A stretch of 64,000 nucleotides of DNA from Nitrospirota bacterium (GTDB lineage Bacteria; Nitrospirota; Nitrospiria; Nitrospirales; Nitrospiraceae). The position numbers and the translations under genes were made by a program. The notes beneath the pieces were generated by a model. It was not told the DNA's origin, did not search any database, and saw only the letters and a list, made by a program, of their open reading frames with translations. Positions 58,269 through 64,000 of this stretch are shown here, piece after piece (positions within the stretch are counted from its first letter, which is position 1; each line of letters opens with the position of its first letter). The stretch covers positions 640,001-704,000 of the forward strand of contig CAVPBK010000006.1 in assembly GCA_963701855.1 (NCBI GenBank), written 5' to 3'.

Positions 58269-59677
58269 GAGAACATCCGCTCAAGTTCTTTAATGCGCTG
58301 TTCCACTCTCGCTCGGGCAGTTCCGCCGATCTGAGACTTCCGATCGATGGCGGCAGTGACCGTCAACCGAGCGAACAGGCTCTTCTCAATTCGCTCGGAA
58401 AATGTCCGCAGCTCCTCGAGCGAGAAGCCCGTGAGTTCACGGTCTTGATCCAATGCGGCCCGCACCAATCGACCCGTGATCGCGTGCGCTTCGCGAAACG
58501 GTACCCCTCGGGTCACAAGATAGTCCGCCACCTCTGTGGCCAATATTCCGCCGCCCTGAACTGCCTGTTTGAGAACATCCCGGTTCACGGTGAGTCGACG
58601 CATCAGTTCCGTCAAGATTTCTACCGATGCGGTGACCGTATCGAGGGCATCGAAAAGCGCCGGCTTATCTTCCTGAAGATCTCGATTATAACTCAAGGGG
58701 AGAGCCTTGAGCATCGTCAACAGATTGATCAAATGGCCATAGACCCGCCCTGTCTTACCTCGCACCAATTCCGGCACATCGGGATTTTTCTTCTGCGGCA
58801 TCATGCTGCTACCGGTACAGAAGGCATCGGGAAGCTCGACGAATTGGAACTCCTGGGACGACCAGAGAATTAATTCTTCGCTAAGCCGAGACAGGTGCAT
58901 CATCGTAATCGACAGCGCCGAGGCCACCTCGATCATGAAATCTCTATCGGACACAGCATCGAGACTGTTTTGCGTCACGGAAGGGAAACCCAGCAGCCCG
59001 GCGGTGAACCGGCGATCGACTGGGTAGTTCGTCCCCGCGAGCGCGCCGGACCCCAACGGCATGACATTCAAACGCACCGATGCATCGCGAAATCGCCCCT
59101 TGTCCCGCTCGATCATTTCCACATAGGCCAAAAGATGATGCGCCAACAGCACCGGCTGGGCGCGCTGGAGATGTGTATAGCCCGGCATGGCGACCGTTCG
59201 ATTCGCCTTCCCCTTCGCCACCAAGACTCGCTGAAATTTTACCAAATGCGCCACGAGCTGACTGAGGTGATCCCGCAAATAGAGCCGGACATCCAGCGCG
59301 ACCTGGTCGTTCCGACTCCGGCCCGTGTGCACCTTGCCGCCGAGCGGACCGATCAGTTCGGTCAGCCGACGCTCAATCGACATGTGAATGTCTTCATCCT
59401 GAGGGGTGAAACGAAAGCGGCCACGATCCAGTTCCGTCTTCACCGATTCCAGGCCCCGCACGATCGTCCTGGTTTCAGAGGCGGTCAACACACGCGCCTT
59501 CCCCAACGTCTTGCAATGGGCGATGCTGCCCTGAATGTCATAGGCATAGAGCCGGCGATCGACCGCCACCGATACGGTGAACGATTCCACCAACCGGTTC
59601 GTCTTGTGTCTGAACCGCCCGCCCCACGCTTTTCCGCCTTCCGACGCGGCAGCGCTGCGGCCAGTAGCTCGTGCCAT
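58265..59677 (-). CDS. argH: Argininosuccinate lyase
   Basis: WGGRF, HTGRSRNDQ, GYTHLQRAQP, GSSMMPQKKNPD. Confidence 0.97.
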   Translation of the reverse strand: MARATGRSAAASEGGKAWGGRFRHKTNRLVESFTVSVAVDRRLYAYDIQGSIAHCKTLGKARVLTASETRTIVRGLESVKTELDRGRFRFTPQDEDIHMSIERRLTELIGPLGGKVHTGRSRNDQVALDVRLYLRDHLSQLVAHLVKFQRVLVAKGKANRTVAMPGYTHLQRAQPVLLAHHLLAYVEMIERDKGRFRDASVRLNVMPLGSGALAGTNYPVDRRFTAGLLGFPSVTQNSLDAVSDRDFMIEVASALSITMMHLSRLSEELILWSSQEFQFVELPDAFCTGSSMMPQKKNPDVPELVRGKTGRVYGHLINLLTMLKALPLSYNRDLQEDKPALFDALDTVTASVEILTELMRRLTVNRDVLKQAVQGGGILATEVADYLVTRGVPFREAHAITGRLVRAALDQDRELTGFSLEELRTFSERIEKSLFARLTVTAAIDRKSQIGGTARARVEQRIKELERMFS

Positions 59678-60888
59678 TAGGAGGAGGCCTTCTTTCTTTG
59701 GGCTCTGATTTTCAGCCGCAACGCGTTCAACCGAATGAAACCCTCGGCATCTTTCTGGTTATAGACTTCGTCCTCTTCAAACGTGGCGATATCGAGACGA
59801 TAGAGCGAATTCTTCGACTTGCGCCCGGCCAACGTGCAACTCCCCTTATAGAGCTTCACCCGAGCCGTGCCGGTCACATCCTTCTGTGCCGCATCGATCG
59901 AGGCCTGGATCACCTCTCGCTCTGGGCTGAACCAATAACCGTTGTATATCAGCTCGGCGAAACGTGGGATCAAACTGTCCCTGAAGTGCAGCACCTCGCG
60001 ATCCATCGTCAACGATTCGAGTCCGCGATGCGCCACATGGAGGATCGTCCCGCCCGGAGTTTCATAGACCCCGCGAGATTTCATCCCAACGTAACGATTC
60101 TCCACCAGATCGACACGTCCGATTCCATGCGCGCCACCCAGCTTGTTGAGGTGCGCCAACAGCGTCGCCGGGCTCATCTTCTTGCCGTCGACGGCCACCG
60201 GATTACCCGCCTCGTAGCCAATCTCGACTTCGAGCGGCTTGTTCGGCGCCTGCTCCGGCGACACCGTCATTTGAAATATTTCATCCGGCGGCGACTCCCA
60301 AGGATCTTCGAGAATACCGCCCTCATAACTCACATGGAACAAATTCAGATCCATGCTATAGGGCTTGGCTTTCGTCGCCGTCACGGGAATGCCGTGCCGA
60401 TCGGCATACTCAATCAATTCGCGCCGCGACCGCATCGTCCATTCACGCCAAGGCGCGATGATCTTGAGATTCGGCGCCAGTGCCGTATAGGTCAACTCAA
60501 ACCGCACTTGATCGTTGCCCTTTCCGGTTGAACCATGCGACACCGCCTCGGCGCCTTCTTTGAGCGCGATCTCAGCCTGACGCCGCGCGATGAGGGGCCG
60601 CGCAATCGAGGTTCCGAGCAGATAACAGCCTTCGTATACGGCGTTGCCTCGCAACATCGGAAAGACATAGTCCTTCACAAAGGTCTCGCGCAGATCCTCG
60701 ACATAGACCTTTTTCACGCCGAGCTTTTGCGCCTTTGCCTTGATTGCTTGCAGATCTTCGCCTTGTCCAAGATCGGCGCAGAATGCGATAACCTCACAGT
60801 CATAGGTTTCCTGTAACCACTTCAAAATCACGGACGTATCGAGTCCGCCTGAATAGGCAAGCACCACTTTCTTGATGACACGACTCAT
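59677..60888 (-). CDS. argG: Argininosuccinate synthase
   Basis: [31 protein letters not shown]. Confidence 0.97.
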   Translation of the reverse strand: MSRVIKKVVLAYSGGLDTSVILKWLQETYDCEVIAFCADLGQGEDLQAIKAKAQKLGVKKVYVEDLRETFVKDYVFPMLRGNAVYEGCYLLGTSIARPLIARRQAEIALKEGAEAVSHGSTGKGNDQVRFELTYTALAPNLKIIAPWREWTMRSRRELIEYADRHGIPVTATKAKPYSMDLNLFHVSYEGGILEDPWESPPDEIFQMTVSPEQAPNKPLEVEIGYEAGNPVAVDGKKMSPATLLAHLNKLGGAHGIGRVDLVENRYVGMKSRGVYETPGGTILHVAHRGLESLTMDREVLHFRDSLIPRFAELIYNGYWFSPEREVIQASIDAAQKDVTGTARVKLYKGSCTLAGRKSKNSLYRLDIATFEEDEVYNQKDAEGFIRLNALRLKIRAQRKKASS

Positions 60889-61805
60889 TGTCTCGTTCGG
60901 CTCCTTTTTCCTAATAAGTTCGTTAAGATGGCCTTCTGCATATGGAGGCGGTTCTCCGCCTGGTCGATGACGACCGACTGCGGACCATCCAGCACATCGG
61001 CGCTGATTTCTTCACCCCGGTGGGCTGGCAAACAGTGCATGACGATCGCATCAGGCTTAGCGCGATGTAACAGGCGGCTGTTCACTTGATACGGAGACAA
61101 GACCTTTAATCGTCGCGCATGCTCCCGCTCGCGGCCCATACTGATCCAGACGTCGGTATAGATAACATCCGCTTCCTTCGCCGCGACATGGGGATCCTGA
61201 CCGATCTCGATTACCGCGCCGGTTTTTGCGGCCTCGACCCTGGCCCTGTCCACAACATGTTGCTCCGGTTGATATCCCACCGGACAACCGAGGGTGATGG
61301 TCATCCCCATCTTCGCCGCCGCCTCGATCAGGGAATTCGCCACATTGTTGCCGTCGCCGATATAGGCGATCTTGATTCCCTTCAACCGACCCTTCTTCTC
61401 GCGAATGGTCAAGAGGTCTGAGAGGGCCTGGCAGGGATGACTCAGGTCGGTCAGCCCATTGATCACCGGCATCGTCGCTTCCCTCGCCCATTCCTCTACA
61501 ATCGCGTGGTCATAGGTGCGGATGACGATCGCGTCGAGATAGCGCGACAACACACGCGCCGTATCGGCGACACTTTCTCCACGTGAGAGCTGAATGTCGG
61601 CCATGGGCAGGACCAGAGCGTGGCCGCCCAACTGGTTCATCCCCGCCTCGAAGGACACTCTCGTGCGCGTCGATGGTTTCTGGAACAGAAGCCCCAGCGT
61701 CTTCCCAGGAAGCAGTGAATGAAGAACCCCGCGCCGCTGCTTATCTTTCAACAAAGCCGCCGACGCCAGTAAACGCTCCACCTCTGCCTTGCTGATGGCC
61801 GCCAC
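60885..61805 (-). CDS. argF: Ornithine carbamoyltransferase (true start probably slightly upstream)
   Basis: STRTR, HPCQ, DVWISMG, HCLP, AENR. In-frame KKDFLDV lies upstream of the GTG with no in-frame ATG. Confidence 0.93.
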   Translation of the reverse strand: MAAISKAEVERLLASAALLKDKQRRGVLHSLLPGKTLGLLFQKPSTRTRVSFEAGMNQLGGHALVLPMADIQLSRGESVADTARVLSRYLDAIVIRTYDHAIVEEWAREATMPVINGLTDLSHPCQALSDLLTIREKKGRLKGIKIAYIGDGNNVANSLIEAAAKMGMTITLGCPVGYQPEQHVVDRARVEAAKTGAVIEIGQDPHVAAKEADVIYTDVWISMGREREHARRLKVLSPYQVNSRLLHRAKPDAIVMHCLPAHRGEEISADVLDGPQSVVIDQAENRLHMQKAILTNLLGKRSRTRQ

Positions 61806-61886
61806 ATCCAGAAAATCTTTTTTCCGGCTCGCATTCCTGTCGCTCGTGTGGTCATTCCGGTTGTGTCCATTCGGCGTACATACGCC

Positions 61887-63085
<1,199 letters not shown>

Positions 63086-63232
63086 GACAGACGTATCCCT
63101 TCGTAAAGCAAGGGAAAGTAGCATAGGCTTGTCGGTGGAATCAACTTGAAGGAGCGGCGGGGGGTGTGAGGCCCGGTCATGACGCTTCTTTACCCAGGCG
63201 GCGCTTCTTTCTATTGTGATACTCTCGGACAG

Positions 63233-63877
63233 ATGAAACTCTGCGCACAGTGCCAACAGCAAAATAAGGAGGATGCAAAATTCTGCCACCAATGCGGACA
63301 GCTGCTGACCGTCGAACCAGAACCACCAATCGCCACCGCCACCACCCACTCTGAAATCCACCCTGATGAACATCTCTGGCGCCAATTCATCGGCCCCTAC
63401 GCCGATCAATATCTGAAACATTTTAAAAAGTTTGGATTGGGGAAAGAACCGAAGTTCGCCCTAACGTGGAATTGGCCGGCCTTTCTCTATATTTCCTTCC
63501 TCTGGTTTCTCTACCGAAAAATGTATGTGTACGCGGCGGTCTACGCCCTCGGTCCGATGATCTCGACCTACTTGACCGGCGATATGACCGTGGGTCTCGT
63601 CTGGAGCATCATGGCCGGAGCGACCGCGAATTATGTGTATTACTGGCACTGCCGTGAACGTATCGGTGAGATCAAGAAGAGCGCAGGGATCGATCCGGCG
63701 AAGCAGGATGAGGTACTAAAAGAAAGTGGAGGCGTCCAGCCTTATGTGGTCTGGATCGGAGTCGCCTTGTACGTGCTGTTTGCAATAGCCATGTTCAAAA
63801 TGCTTCAGGACGGGTTGCCAGATGGTGAACGGCCGCTAGAGAAGCCGGCAAAACCGACTGCGGCAAGCAGCGTATAA
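63233..63877 (+). CDS. Zinc-ribbon + DUF2628-like membrane protein
   Basis: CAQC/CHQCG; WNWPAF...WFLYRKMY; AN..YY motifs. Confidence 0.82.
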   Translation: MKLCAQCQQQNKEDAKFCHQCGQLLTVEPEPPIATATTHSEIHPDEHLWRQFIGPYADQYLKHFKKFGLGKEPKFALTWNWPAFLYISFLWFLYRKMYVYAAVYALGPMISTYLTGDMTVGLVWSIMAGATANYVYYWHCRERIGEIKKSAGIDPAKQDEVLKESGGVQPYVVWIGVALYVLFAIAMFKMLQDGLPDGERPLEKPAKPTAASSV

Positions 63878-64000
63878 ACCAGCCGGTACTCCCGGTGTCT
63901 GTCAAAAGTGACCGCTTGACTTGAGCGCCTGTTCCAGTATGCTCTGGCCTGTGAATAATCCCTTCAGGCTTGAGAGGAACACACAATGGCTCGATTGATC

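Noticed and set aside
63986..64000. ATG with GAGAGG RBS at the window end
   Set aside because: Only five codons are visible, so it cannot be identified.

Overview
A core chromosomal region of a GC-rich bacterium. Gene content and repeat style suggest Nitrospira/Nitrospirota, which is an inference. Housekeeping genes: rsmA, pdxA, larB/larC, gpsA, truD, dapL-folK-panC, rmuC, udg, fsa and an argD-argF-argG-argH...lysA-dapA-dapB cluster. Accessory DNA falls into three groups. (1) A ~7.4 kb integrase-less island inserted in the 3' end of dapB, bounded by a 16-bp direct repeat, with the displaced dapB tail still readable at 45358-45389. It carries an outer-membrane beta-barrel gene and five secreted Sel1-like-repeat (SLR) genes, each with its own promoter, a conserved C-terminal cap and usually a shared non-coding 3' tail. 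(2) A PaeR7I/XhoI-like restriction-modification pair bounded by short GTAGnnTGTCCCC direct repeats, one of which truncates a HepT toxin gene. (3) At least three families of structured intergenic repeats. Also present: a split ArgZ/AgrE-like arginine catabolism pair and a cobalamin-binding radical SAM enzyme with a STAS-like tail coupled to lysA. Several single-base frameshifts probably reflect assembly errors. No CRISPR array, tRNA or rRNA was seen.
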